Virus record (IMG/VR): IMGVR_UViG_3300037294_000266 | Span: 1 to 64,000 of that record | DNA length: 64,000 nucleotides | Direction: 5' to 3' (one strand) | In this document: in pieces, positions 10,149 to 18,690 of the stretch | Layout: the number at the start of each line of letters is the position of its first letter | Position numbering within the stretch: position 1 is the first letter of the stretch | Notes under the pieces: generated by a model | Seen by the model: only the letters and a program-made list of their open reading frames with translations | Database searches by the model: none | Told to the model about the DNA's origin: nothing | Position numbers and translations under genes: made by a program

Positions 10149-10529
10149 TTAAAACTTGGTGAGGTCGAAGGTAACGATTTCTTTCTTCATCTGCTTGTGG
10201 ATCGAGCGGATAGAGAAACCAAGATTATCGCCATCACGTGCAAGTGACTTCTTAATAACCTTATCCATTGGCCCACATGGCTCGACATCACCAACGATAC
10301 TTTCACCATCGTCACTCCGACGAATGTTGGTTATCTTGGCACAGATGCGATGATGATTGATTCGACTGTATTGGTCGTTGACTTCCTGCTGACTAGCGCC
10401 GGCTATTAACTTAGGGATTCCAAGTTCAGCCAGAAACCCCACAGTGTTAGATTTCTCCGTCAGTTTACGAAGAGTCTCGTCACTTACGTAACCTTCACCT
10501 TTTGCCAATGTCACAGTGGCCTTCTTCAT
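10149..10529 (-). CDS. degenerate prohead protease paralog (T4 gp21/phiKZ gp175-like)
   Basis: ELGIP (vs ELGHP), GDVEPCGP, FSIRS; start moved to MKKATV, which has an AAGGA RBS. Confidence 0.55.
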   Translation of the reverse strand: MKKATVTLAKGEGYVSDETLRKLTEKSNTVGFLAELGIPKLIAGASQQEVNDQYSRINHHRICAKITNIRRSDDGESIVGDVEPCGPMDKVIKKSLARDGDNLGFSIRSIHKQMKKEIVTFDLTKF

Positions 10530-10545
10530 GGGTATGATTCCTTTA

Positions 10546-10881
10546 TTAACCGTAAATGATATTCTTACTGAAATCACTTACGGTCTTAGATGTGAAATCG
10601 ACTACGATAAACGCAACCGTTTGACGCTTACCATTAGATCCTGCTGCAAACATAAACATGAAGAATAAATCATTCTTCAGAACACTCGCATCCGTGAACC
10701 CAGGAACGATGCCTTCATGACTGTTGGTGAACAGCGCCGCTGCGTCATTGATCCCTTTACTTGTAAGCTCGGACATCTTAATGACCAGTTCTTTCAAGAA
10801 CACTTGACCAAATTCATGGTCGCGTGCACTGATATAGTCGGCAGATGCAATGACATCATTTTCAATCGTGACCAGACTCAT
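10546..10881 (-). CDS. hypothetical protein
   Basis: 111-aa ORF in operon. Confidence 0.6.
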   Translation of the reverse strand: MSLVTIENDVIASADYISARDHEFGQVFLKELVIKMSELTSKGINDAAALFTNSHEGIVPGFTDASVLKNDLFFMFMFAAGSNGKRQTVAFIVVDFTSKTVSDFSKNIIYG

Positions 10882-10883
10882 GT

Positions 10884-11708
10884 TTACACCTTAGCTAGAG
10901 TGAGACCGCGTTGACCCTGGTACTTACCCATCTTGTCCTTATAGGAGAGAAGACATTCTTCATCGCCTTGAAGGAATACAAATTGGGAAATGCCTTCTTC
11001 CAAGTAACACCGGACAGGACTGCTTGTCACGTTGGCTACTTCAATCACCACTTCGCCTTCGAAGTCTGGTTCGATAGGCGTCACGTTACAGATAAGTGCA
11101 GAACGGGCATAGGTGCTCTTTCCGAGGACAACCACCAGTACGTCACGCGGAATGCGGAAATACTCCATGGTGGGGCCTTGGATGTAGCTGTGCGCCGGAA
11201 TCCAGACGAACCGAGAACCGTCTTCAGCGAGATGAACGTCAGGGGTGCCGAAGTTAGTCGGCTTCATGTTCTTTGGATCAATCTCCGGCTCATGGACGTT
11301 GGTGAATACCTTGATGTGCTCAGGGTTACCTGCCAGACGTACATCGTAACCATACGACGACGTGCCGAACGAGATTACCTTCCGCGCATGTGCAGGAGGT
11401 TCTTCGCCGTAAGGCACAAATACCGGCTCGCCAGTTGTACGATCTACGTAACGGACTGGTTTATCGAAATACCCTTCTATCATTGGCTTCCAGTCCGCCA
11501 GATCGGCGGCTGATAGAGGGACTGCATATTCTTTAGCCATGAATTTCTCATGGTTACGTTGAGTACAGTAGTTGCCGATGGCTTGGGCCTGATAAGGAGT
11601 GTAGGGAGGCGAAATCAATCGCACCTTCTCATTATTTTTCATGTCGTGGAAGCGGTGTGTCGGCTGAGTACATTGACGAATGATCCAGCCATCGGACTTT
11701 AATGACAT
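10884..11708 (-). CDS. dcd: dCTP deaminase
   Basis: MSLKSDGWI, ISFGTSSYGYDVRL, GKSTYAR, NVTPIEP, SYKDKMGKYQGQRG. Confidence 0.95.
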   Translation of the reverse strand: MSLKSDGWIIRQCTQPTHRFHDMKNNEKVRLISPPYTPYQAQAIGNYCTQRNHEKFMAKEYAVPLSAADLADWKPMIEGYFDKPVRYVDRTTGEPVFVPYGEEPPAHARKVISFGTSSYGYDVRLAGNPEHIKVFTNVHEPEIDPKNMKPTNFGTPDVHLAEDGSRFVWIPAHSYIQGPTMEYFRIPRDVLVVVLGKSTYARSALICNVTPIEPDFEGEVVIEVANVTSSPVRCYLEEGISQFVFLQGDEECLLSYKDKMGKYQGQRGLTLAKV

Positions 11709-11716
11709 TGGTTATA

Positions 11717-12040
11717 TTACCTTATTAATGGCGAATTGGTTAGTGTGAAAGTCACGATGCGTTGTTGCTGACGTTCCACAACACGTAATTGTTCCATCAT
11801 CTCTTCTTTATAAAACAACTTATCTATAAAGCCAGCGCGCATGACGCTGGAATTAAACTTGATGATGTTTAAACGAAGGTCTCGCTCCAATATCCGTACT
11901 TCTAACGGATCCCTTATCGGACGAGTGTGAACGGCTCTGCGATCAATCATGTTCAATAGGTCGGCACTCTGTCGCATGATCAATTTATAGATCTCACGAC
12001 GTTCGAGGACTTGACTTTTAAACCGGCTAAGGCAGTGCAT
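11717..12040 (-). CDS. hypothetical protein
   Basis: 107 aa, GGAG RBS. Confidence 0.6.
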   Translation of the reverse strand: MHCLSRFKSQVLERREIYKLIMRQSADLLNMIDRRAVHTRPIRDPLEVRILERDLRLNIIKFNSSVMRAGFIDKLFYKEEMMEQLRVVERQQQRIVTFTLTNSPLIR

Positions 12041-12130
12041 TTGTAGCTCCAGGTAACAAGGTTATATTGATGTTTGCTTCAGCCACGTTAAATTGACTAA
12101 AGCATATCATTTTTACCTTGAAGACCTTTT

Positions 12131-12460
12131 CTAATTTAAGTCGTATTCGCTTTCAAGCCGCCACACCTGACGCTTTAACAACTTAAGGTGATTGTTCTGC
12201 ACAGGCACGTTATGCTTGTCGAAAAGCATATCGAGGATATTAGAATCATCGCACGCTTTATAATACTGTTCGAGACACAGTGTCAATTCAGCCTTCTGCT
12301 TAAACAGCATCTTCGGGTTACTGTCATAGCCGACGTAGATACAAGACCCACTATCTAGCATGGCAATGAAAGTATTGGCAACGTGTACTGCCTTCAAATA
12401 GAGACGATTACGTTCAAGTGAACGTTCTTTGAATTCATGCCATAGCTTCACAGCGTTCAC
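12131..12460 (-). CDS. hypothetical protein
   Basis: 109 aa, GAGG RBS. Confidence 0.55.
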   Translation of the reverse strand: MNAVKLWHEFKERSLERNRLYLKAVHVANTFIAMLDSGSCIYVGYDSNPKMLFKQKAELTLCLEQYYKACDDSNILDMLFDKHNVPVQNNHLKLLKRQVWRLESEYDLN

Positions 12461-12767
12461 CTCTAGAGACCTTGGCTTCCTTAGGACGAATCGCCCGAGT
12501 CAGGTTAAGTCGTGTTGTAGCCACGCCTATCTTTGTCTTGATGGCGTAGTTCTGAGCAAGTCTCATGACCGCTCGATGTATTTTGGAAAACTCATCAGTA
12601 GGACGAGACGCTTCAAAGAAGTTTCCAACGTAGTAAACGGTTACCGCTCCTGATCGATCCCCAGATCCATCTCGCACAGTGCAGGTACCCAATTGCTTAA
12701 ACCCAGGTAGCTCGTATAAGCTTACCACTAAGTTCTCATTGAGTTTGTGTACTGTTACCCCTTCCAT
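12435..12767 (-). CDS. hypothetical early protein
   Basis: First gene after promoter motif at 12841. Confidence 0.55.
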   Translation of the reverse strand: MEGVTVHKLNENLVVSLYELPGFKQLGTCTVRDGSGDRSGAVTVYYVGNFFEASRPTDEFSKIHRAVMRLAQNYAIKTKIGVATTRLNLTRAIRPKEAKVSRGERCEAMA

Positions 12768-12840
12768 AAAACCCCCTGTTTGGTCATAATCTAAAGCTAT
12801 TCTTTTTTATTTAACTGATATGTCGATGCTTCTTCATGGC

Positions 12841-12869
12841 GATAATGTATTGTCATAATCTCCTCGAAT
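12841..12869 (-). promoter_or_regulatory. putative early promoter
   Basis: TTCGAG-N13-TACATTATC. Confidence 0.65.
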
Positions 12870-12962
12870 ATACAAAAAATAACGATAGCGTATAACCTAT
12901 GCACAGAGGACCATCTAGACACTCGATTGGTCTCAGGTTTAACTCAGTAGAGCATTTAATCA

Positions 12963-15458
12963 ATGATCAGAGAATTCATCAAACGTGACGGTCGGATAGT
13001 TTCATTCGACGCACCTAAGGCTCTTGGCTGGGGTAAGTGGGGCGCTAAGGGCTTTGCAAAGTACATTGACTGGCAGGCCATCGTGGTGTCAACTGTGGCA
13101 CAGATGCCAGAACGCTGCACAGCCAAAGAGTTCAATGAAGGACTCATCCGCAACGCATTGAATGAAGACACATGGGCCGGCCAGCTCATGGCAGGTCGGA
13201 TCTTTGCCACAGAGATCCACAAAGAAGTCTTCGGTAGTAAGAAGCGCCTCACATTGCGCGCTGTTCACAATGTAATGCAGGCTGCCAACGTCCTCGTTGA
13301 TCTGAATTACTCTGATGAAGAATACGCCCACATCGAAACGCTGATCGACCATGAGCGTGATTTCCACTGCGCCTGGTATCAGTTAAAGCAAGGTCGTGAT
13401 AAATACGCATTGCGTAACCGCATGACCGGTAAAGTCTACGAAAGTCGCCAGCATGCACTTATGCGTGTTGCGATGGTAGTCTGCGAGAAAGAAGATCCCA
13501 TCCTTCGGATGAAACGACTTGAATCGATGTTCAGTGACTTGTCTCACGAGCGTCTGTCAGCACCTACACCAAACCACAACAACATGGGCACGGGTCATAA
13601 CGGCTTCTTTAGCTGCTGCTTGTTCACCTGTGGCGACACCAAAGAATCAATCCACGCCTCGAGCACTATTGCTGAAGTAATGACGTACATGTCAGCCGGT
13701 CTCGGCGAGAACATGCAAGTACGTTCATTAGGTGATCCGATTCGTGGCGGTTCTATTCTGCACTCTGGTAAGATCCCTTACTACGGTAAACAGACAGGCA
13801 TTGTTAAGTCGAACAAACAAGGAAGTCGTGGCGGCAGCCTGAACGAATACTTCAGTGCGTACGATCCTGAAGTCGCGTCGATCATGGTGCTGAAGAACCC
13901 ACGCACACCGATCAACAAGCGCAATCGTTCCATCGACTACACGATGATGTTGAACCGTTGGCTGTTGTTGAAGTCTGCTCGTAATGAGAAAGTCTTCCTG
14001 TTCAACATCCATACGGCGCACGATCTTTATCGTGCTCTTTACGGTAAAGACATCAACAAGTTTGTTGAGCTGTATGAGAAGTATGAAGCAGACACTACCT
14101 TCAAGAAGAAGTATGTCTCTGCTCGCCAGTTAGTAGTCAATGCTCGGTCTGAAGGTTTTGAGACCGGCCGTTTCTACCTGGCCATGATCGATGAGATCAA
14201 CTTCCACACACCTCACCGTGACCAGATCTTGTCGTCCAACCTGTGTGTTGAGATTACTCAGCCCACTTGGCACTATGATCACGTCATTCAACTGTACAGT
14301 ACTGAGTTCCTCGGCTATATCAAGTTCAGCACTGACAAGTCCGAAGATGCATTCCTTGACAGTAACATTCCTGTTGAGATCAAAGGCGTCACAGGTGCTG
14401 TAGCGGCGTTGGAACTAAAGCCTGGCATGATGTATCGGAAAGCTATCCGTAAGGGCAGTGACGATGCATGGCAGACTGTTACAGCAGTGAAAGAAGCTAA
14501 ACAAGAGCCTGAAGTATCGCTCTGTGCTTTGGCAGCATTGATTCCAACGAACATCCACTCAGAAGAGCAGTACGCTGAGACTGCCTACAACGCGTTGTAC
14601 ATGATCGATTACTGTATCGATAACAATGACTACGCACTCCCGCACATGAAGCTCACTGCACAGGCACGTCGTAATGCCGGTGTAGGTCTCATGGACATCG
14701 CGCATTACATGGCTCAACGCAAGCTGAGCTACCACAGTCAAGAAGGCATGATGGAACTGCACCGCGTTGCAGAACGTCACGCTTACCACTTGATTCGTGC
14801 TTCCATCCGTTTGGGTAAAGAACGCGGCAATGCCGAGTGGATCCATAAGACCGACTGGCCACGTGGCTGGACACCACAGACCACGTACAACCGTAACGTA
14901 GACCGCCTGGCACCGTTCGTTAACCAGTATGACTGGGTTGAGGTGTCGCACGATCTGGTTGTACAAGGCGGTGGGCGATTCAGTTCTCTGATCGCGTACA
15001 TGCCCGGCGAGTCGTCGTCTAAATACAGTGCAGCTACTAACAGCGTTATGGAATTGCGCGACCTGTCGATCATTAAGACCGACGGCGACAATTCCATCTA
15101 CTGGGTTGCACCAGAAGCCGACACCCTGAAAGAATGGTACGGTATCGCATGGAACTCCACTCGTAAGCAACAGACCAATACTTACGGCATCTTCCAGAAA
15201 TGGACAGACCAGTCGATGAGTGCCGATCTGTACGCCACGTTTAAAGGGGATGAGAAAATCAGTTCGTCTGACCTCATCGAAGAAACCAACTACATTGCTG
15301 AAATGGGACAGAAGACCGTTTACTACACCAACTCAGATACTGCCGATAAGGAAGCACTGAAGTCGGTGATGGTGCGGGTACGCCGCGAAGTCGAAGATGC
15401 TGATGATGGACTTGATCTTTCAGGCCCTGTCTGCACAAGTGACGGCTGCTCGGTTTAA
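12963..15458 (+). CDS. nrdA: ribonucleotide reductase class Ia alpha subunit
   Basis: ATP-cone start IKRDG, PTP, SCCL, SNLCVEI active-site loop, MPGESSS, KTVYY, C-terminal CTSDGC. Confidence 0.95.
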   Translation: MIREFIKRDGRIVSFDAPKALGWGKWGAKGFAKYIDWQAIVVSTVAQMPERCTAKEFNEGLIRNALNEDTWAGQLMAGRIFATEIHKEVFGSKKRLTLRAVHNVMQAANVLVDLNYSDEEYAHIETLIDHERDFHCAWYQLKQGRDKYALRNRMTGKVYESRQHALMRVAMVVCEKEDPILRMKRLESMFSDLSHERLSAPTPNHNNMGTGHNGFFSCCLFTCGDTKESIHASSTIAEVMTYMSAGLGENMQVRSLGDPIRGGSILHSGKIPYYGKQTGIVKSNKQGSRGGSLNEYFSAYDPEVASIMVLKNPRTPINKRNRSIDYTMMLNRWLLLKSARNEKVFLFNIHTAHDLYRALYGKDINKFVELYEKYEADTTFKKKYVSARQLVVNARSEGFETGRFYLAMIDEINFHTPHRDQILSSNLCVEITQPTWHYDHVIQLYSTEFLGYIKFSTDKSEDAFLDSNIPVEIKGVTGAVAALELKPGMMYRKAIRKGSDDAWQTVTAVKEAKQEPEVSLCALAALIPTNIHSEEQYAETAYNALYMIDYCIDNNDYALPHMKLTAQARRNAGVGLMDIAHYMAQRKLSYHSQEGMMELHRVAERHAYHLIRASIRLGKERGNAEWIHKTDWPRGWTPQTTYNRNVDRLAPFVNQYDWVEVSHDLVVQGGGRFSSLIAYMPGESSSKYSAATNSVMELRDLSIIKTDGDNSIYWVAPEADTLKEWYGIAWNSTRKQQTNTYGIFQKWTDQSMSADLYATFKGDEKISSSDLIEETNYIAEMGQKTVYYTNSDTADKEALKSVMVRVRREVEDADDGLDLSGPVCTSDGCSV

Positions 15459-15523
15459 CTGCCAAGGTAGGGCCCTGACTGATAAGGGCCCTTATCATCC
15501 CTCAGATAGAGAACGATTCTCCT

Positions 15524-16687
15524 ATGTTCGATCAAAGTATCTTCAACGCAGCGAAGACGGATTATGACAAATCAACGTTATTCCTCGGGCAACAAGCAGG
15601 GCTTCTCGATACGGTTAACAGCCATCATCCTGAGCTTTGGGATTATTACCGCTCCTTGCGCGGCCTGGACTGGGATACTCACGAGTTCGATTTCAGCCCG
15701 TGCCTCCTGGAATTTAAGAACGCCAATCCCGGTATAGCGCAAGCTATGATCCAAAACCTTGGCTGGCAATGGGAAGGTGACAGCGTAGCTGCCAACTCCA
15801 TCATGGCCGTCATGTGTCACTTCGTTACAGACTCGGGTCTGAAGACGGTGTGGGATCAGATTGTGGCCAACGAGAACCTGCATGCGACTACATATTCAGA
15901 AATCGTTCGTTACAGCTTCGACTCACCGAACAATGTATTGTCTGAAGTACTGGGGGTTAAAGAATCCTTAGCACGGATGGCCGTCATTGGTAAAGTGATG
16001 GGCGAATCACGGCAAGTGGGTCTGAAAGTCTCTCTCGGCCTGATCGAGCGAGATTCTAAAGAAGCTTACCGTGCAGCCTTCATGTTCACTGTAGCGCTGT
16101 TTATGCTAGAGCGTGTAGGGTTCATGGGGTCGTTCGCTGTAACAGGCGCTATCGCGCAGACTGGCATGTTCATGCCTATCTGTAAAGCAGTTCAGCGGAT
16201 CGCTCAAGACGAAGCTGAGATTCACGTGAACGTAGGTCGTTATGTACTGACCCACGAACTCACCACAGCTCGTGGCCGTGAATGTTTGAACGAGAACCGC
16301 CATGTCATTGACGACATGTTGATGGAAGTCCGTGCCTCCGAAATGCGGTGGCGTAACTTCCAACGTGATTCAGGCTCTATCGTTCCAGGCGTAGGTTGGG
16401 ATGAGATCGGTTCCTACATCTCGTTTAACGTGGCCGATGCATGTGACGTGCTCGAGCGCCCAGTGGACTTCAAAGCTCCTCTTGAAAACCCACTGCTTTA
16501 CATGAACAAGTGGCTAGACGTTTCAGCCACGCAGGCATCACCTCAAGAGCAAGATAACGGCCAGTACCGCGTTAACGTCATTAAGCATGACGACGATGGC
16601 CGACTGTTCGATTTCAACCTCGACCGCCATCCTGCAATCCACACCCAGCTGTATGTTCCAGATACCCGTCTGGCGCTTCCAGCATAA
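15524..16687 (+). CDS. nrdB: ribonucleotide reductase class Ia beta subunit
   Basis: Di-metal ligands and radical Tyr: GDS, ENLHATTY, LE, DEAEIH; ASPQE. Confidence 0.95.
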   Translation: MFDQSIFNAAKTDYDKSTLFLGQQAGLLDTVNSHHPELWDYYRSLRGLDWDTHEFDFSPCLLEFKNANPGIAQAMIQNLGWQWEGDSVAANSIMAVMCHFVTDSGLKTVWDQIVANENLHATTYSEIVRYSFDSPNNVLSEVLGVKESLARMAVIGKVMGESRQVGLKVSLGLIERDSKEAYRAAFMFTVALFMLERVGFMGSFAVTGAIAQTGMFMPICKAVQRIAQDEAEIHVNVGRYVLTHELTTARGRECLNENRHVIDDMLMEVRASEMRWRNFQRDSGSIVPGVGWDEIGSYISFNVADACDVLERPVDFKAPLENPLLYMNKWLDVSATQASPQEQDNGQYRVNVIKHDDDGRLFDFNLDRHPAIHTQLYVPDTRLALPA

Positions 16688-16800
16688 CTAAAAGTCTCGT
16701 CGTGGTGACTACTGCCATGACGAGACTATGTCTGTTAGTAATGAATCCTATGCACGGTTGCGTGTGTAGTCACACTCCCCATGATTTCGAGGAACTCCGA

Positions 16801-17922
16801 ATGAGTAGCTCTTTTGTTGCTAAATCTGGCAAGGGTATCTTGCTGAATGCTATCAACCGCGGTATCGCTCTTGGCGAAAGCGGCGTTCAACTCCTGCCAG
16901 CCGACATTGTATTCGGTGACGTAGAAGGCTCTACCGACGAAAGTCGCGAATCGCAAGTGACTTTCGTTGGCGCTGAGGCCAGTCGTTTTGAAGGCAGCGA
17001 AGCTGTTGTTTACTTCGACCGCATTGACATTGGTCAGGTGTTCTTGGATGCCGGCGTTGAAGTTGTCGAAGTCGGTGGTGAATTGACTTCCATTGCCGAT
17101 GTTGTTGCTGCTGTTAACAGCAAGCATTCGGCCGGCTTCAGTGAAGAAGACATCGATCAGTCTGGCGACTTCGATCCTGAAGCATCGTCGGTACTATTGT
17201 CGACTCTCTCGACCTCGCACGGTTACAAAGGCGAGCTGCTCGTTCAGATCACTGCTGAAGATACTGGCGAAGGCGAACCTGTCGATCCGGAATTGCCGCC
17301 TGCCGTACCTGAATACGTCGTAGCGCCGACTGTCACTTCTGGTTCCATTAATGCTAAAGGCCAGAAAGAAGACGGCACCATGCTCGCAGGCACTGGCAAT
17401 CCAGTGGGAGAAATGACGGTTGCTTCTAACGGCGAACTCGAACTCTCCCTGAGCGCACGTGTTTGGAAGTCTGGCGATTTGCCAATTGCACAAGACGGTC
17501 ATTACGACGTAGTGATTGACGATGCCGCTGGCGATTGGAACTTCCCGTTCTCAATGAGTCTTCTTCAAGAAGAGCGCCCGGTTACTGAACTGTACGACAT
17601 CATCCTGACCATGCAATCTGTTGAGTCGAGTGTATCGCTTCCGTTCAATCTGTCTCGTGATGAAGGCGGCGTGTTCCACTTCATTAACGAAGAGTACAGT
17701 ATCGACATCAGCGATAGCGCTACCACAGCGCCAGGCGACACCGTTCAGAACATCCAACGTCTGACTTTCTATAAGCCTGTAATGGGTGCGATGTCACTCA
17801 GCACTAACGGTTCGCCTATCGGCGACTTCATTCTTACCTTGTCGGCCACTCGCCGCGAAGGTGAAGTTGAAGCCGTTGTCTGCGAGATCTCGGTTAACGT
17901 CCAGATCGAAGCTCAAGCGTAA
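16801..17922 (+). CDS. virion structural protein
   Basis: LLNAIN...FDRID N-terminal domain resembling 23027..23584; ATCCTATG upstream; start moved to MSSSF (GAGGA RBS). Confidence 0.65.
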   Translation: MSSSFVAKSGKGILLNAINRGIALGESGVQLLPADIVFGDVEGSTDESRESQVTFVGAEASRFEGSEAVVYFDRIDIGQVFLDAGVEVVEVGGELTSIADVVAAVNSKHSAGFSEEDIDQSGDFDPEASSVLLSTLSTSHGYKGELLVQITAEDTGEGEPVDPELPPAVPEYVVAPTVTSGSINAKGQKEDGTMLAGTGNPVGEMTVASNGELELSLSARVWKSGDLPIAQDGHYDVVIDDAAGDWNFPFSMSLLQEERPVTELYDIILTMQSVESSVSLPFNLSRDEGGVFHFINEEYSIDISDSATTAPGDTVQNIQRLTFYKPVMGAMSLSTNGSPIGDFILTLSATRREGEVEAVVCEISVNVQIEAQA

Positions 17923-17929
17923 TGTAATG

Positions 17930-17971
17930 CCCACCATCTGACTATAACGGTCAGATGGTGGGTTTATGCCG
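17930..17971 (+). terminator. hairpin terminator with TTTATGCCG tail
   Basis: 13-bp stem CCCACCATCTGAC/GTCAGATGGTGGG. Confidence 0.8.
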
Positions 17972-18059
17972 TTACGGTATTTTATTACGTGTTTATCCCA
18001 GTGAACGCATCCTATGTACAACGCTTCTTCTGTACGCTCGTTTCAGATGAGGGACGATC

Positions 18060-18572
18060 ATGTCTGAGGTAGAAAATCCGTGGACAGCGACGATCGGTCA
18101 ACTCACACCCATTGACTCTAACCTGTTATCTGTTGAAGACAGTGTCGAAATCACCGTCTCTACTCGCGTAGACGGCGGCGAAGGACTGGCTAAGAAAACT
18201 TACCGTACTTCGATCGGCGCTATCTTAGGTATTTTTGCTGCAAGGCGGGATAACCCAAATCAGGTCACAGCTGAACAAGTAGGTTCATACACGGTCCAAG
18301 CGATCACGGATCTATTAAGGGAGAAGTTGGGTGTAGACGATGTTGCTGTAGACGCACTTAAGTTAGATGGCAAGACTCGTAGTGAGATCATTGCGGAGGC
18401 TCGTGAAGGGGTTTCGTATGACTCGCAGAATCTTGGCGGGCGACCAGCAAGTGCGTACGTTCTGGTAGATGATTACCTCGCGGGAATTGTTGAAGTCAAG
18501 GAATATACCGATGGACTTGGTTATTGTTTGGTTGACATTATGAACGATGAGGCACAGTCACTAGGCGGTTAA
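18060..18572 (+). CDS. tail fibre-associated protein
   Basis: RRDNPNQVTAEQVG and VDALKLDGKT motifs shared with the next gene. Confidence 0.65.
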   Translation: MSEVENPWTATIGQLTPIDSNLLSVEDSVEITVSTRVDGGEGLAKKTYRTSIGAILGIFAARRDNPNQVTAEQVGSYTVQAITDLLREKLGVDDVAVDALKLDGKTRSEIIAEAREGVSYDSQNLGGRPASAYVLVDDYLAGIVEVKEYTDGLGYCLVDIMNDEAQSLGG

Positions 18573-18690
18573 ACTGCCGACTTCATGTAGAGGTCGGTAT
18601 CGTATGAGGTCAGGTCTTTTATTAAACGAGATCTGGTCACAATGGGGAGATCAATGCATCCCCCAAACTTAGGTTAAGAGGAATGCGATA

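Noticed and set aside
10884-11708. Uracil-substituted genome suggested by dcd
   Set aside because: DHFR in the same window fits ordinary dTMP synthesis; base modification cannot be read from sequence.
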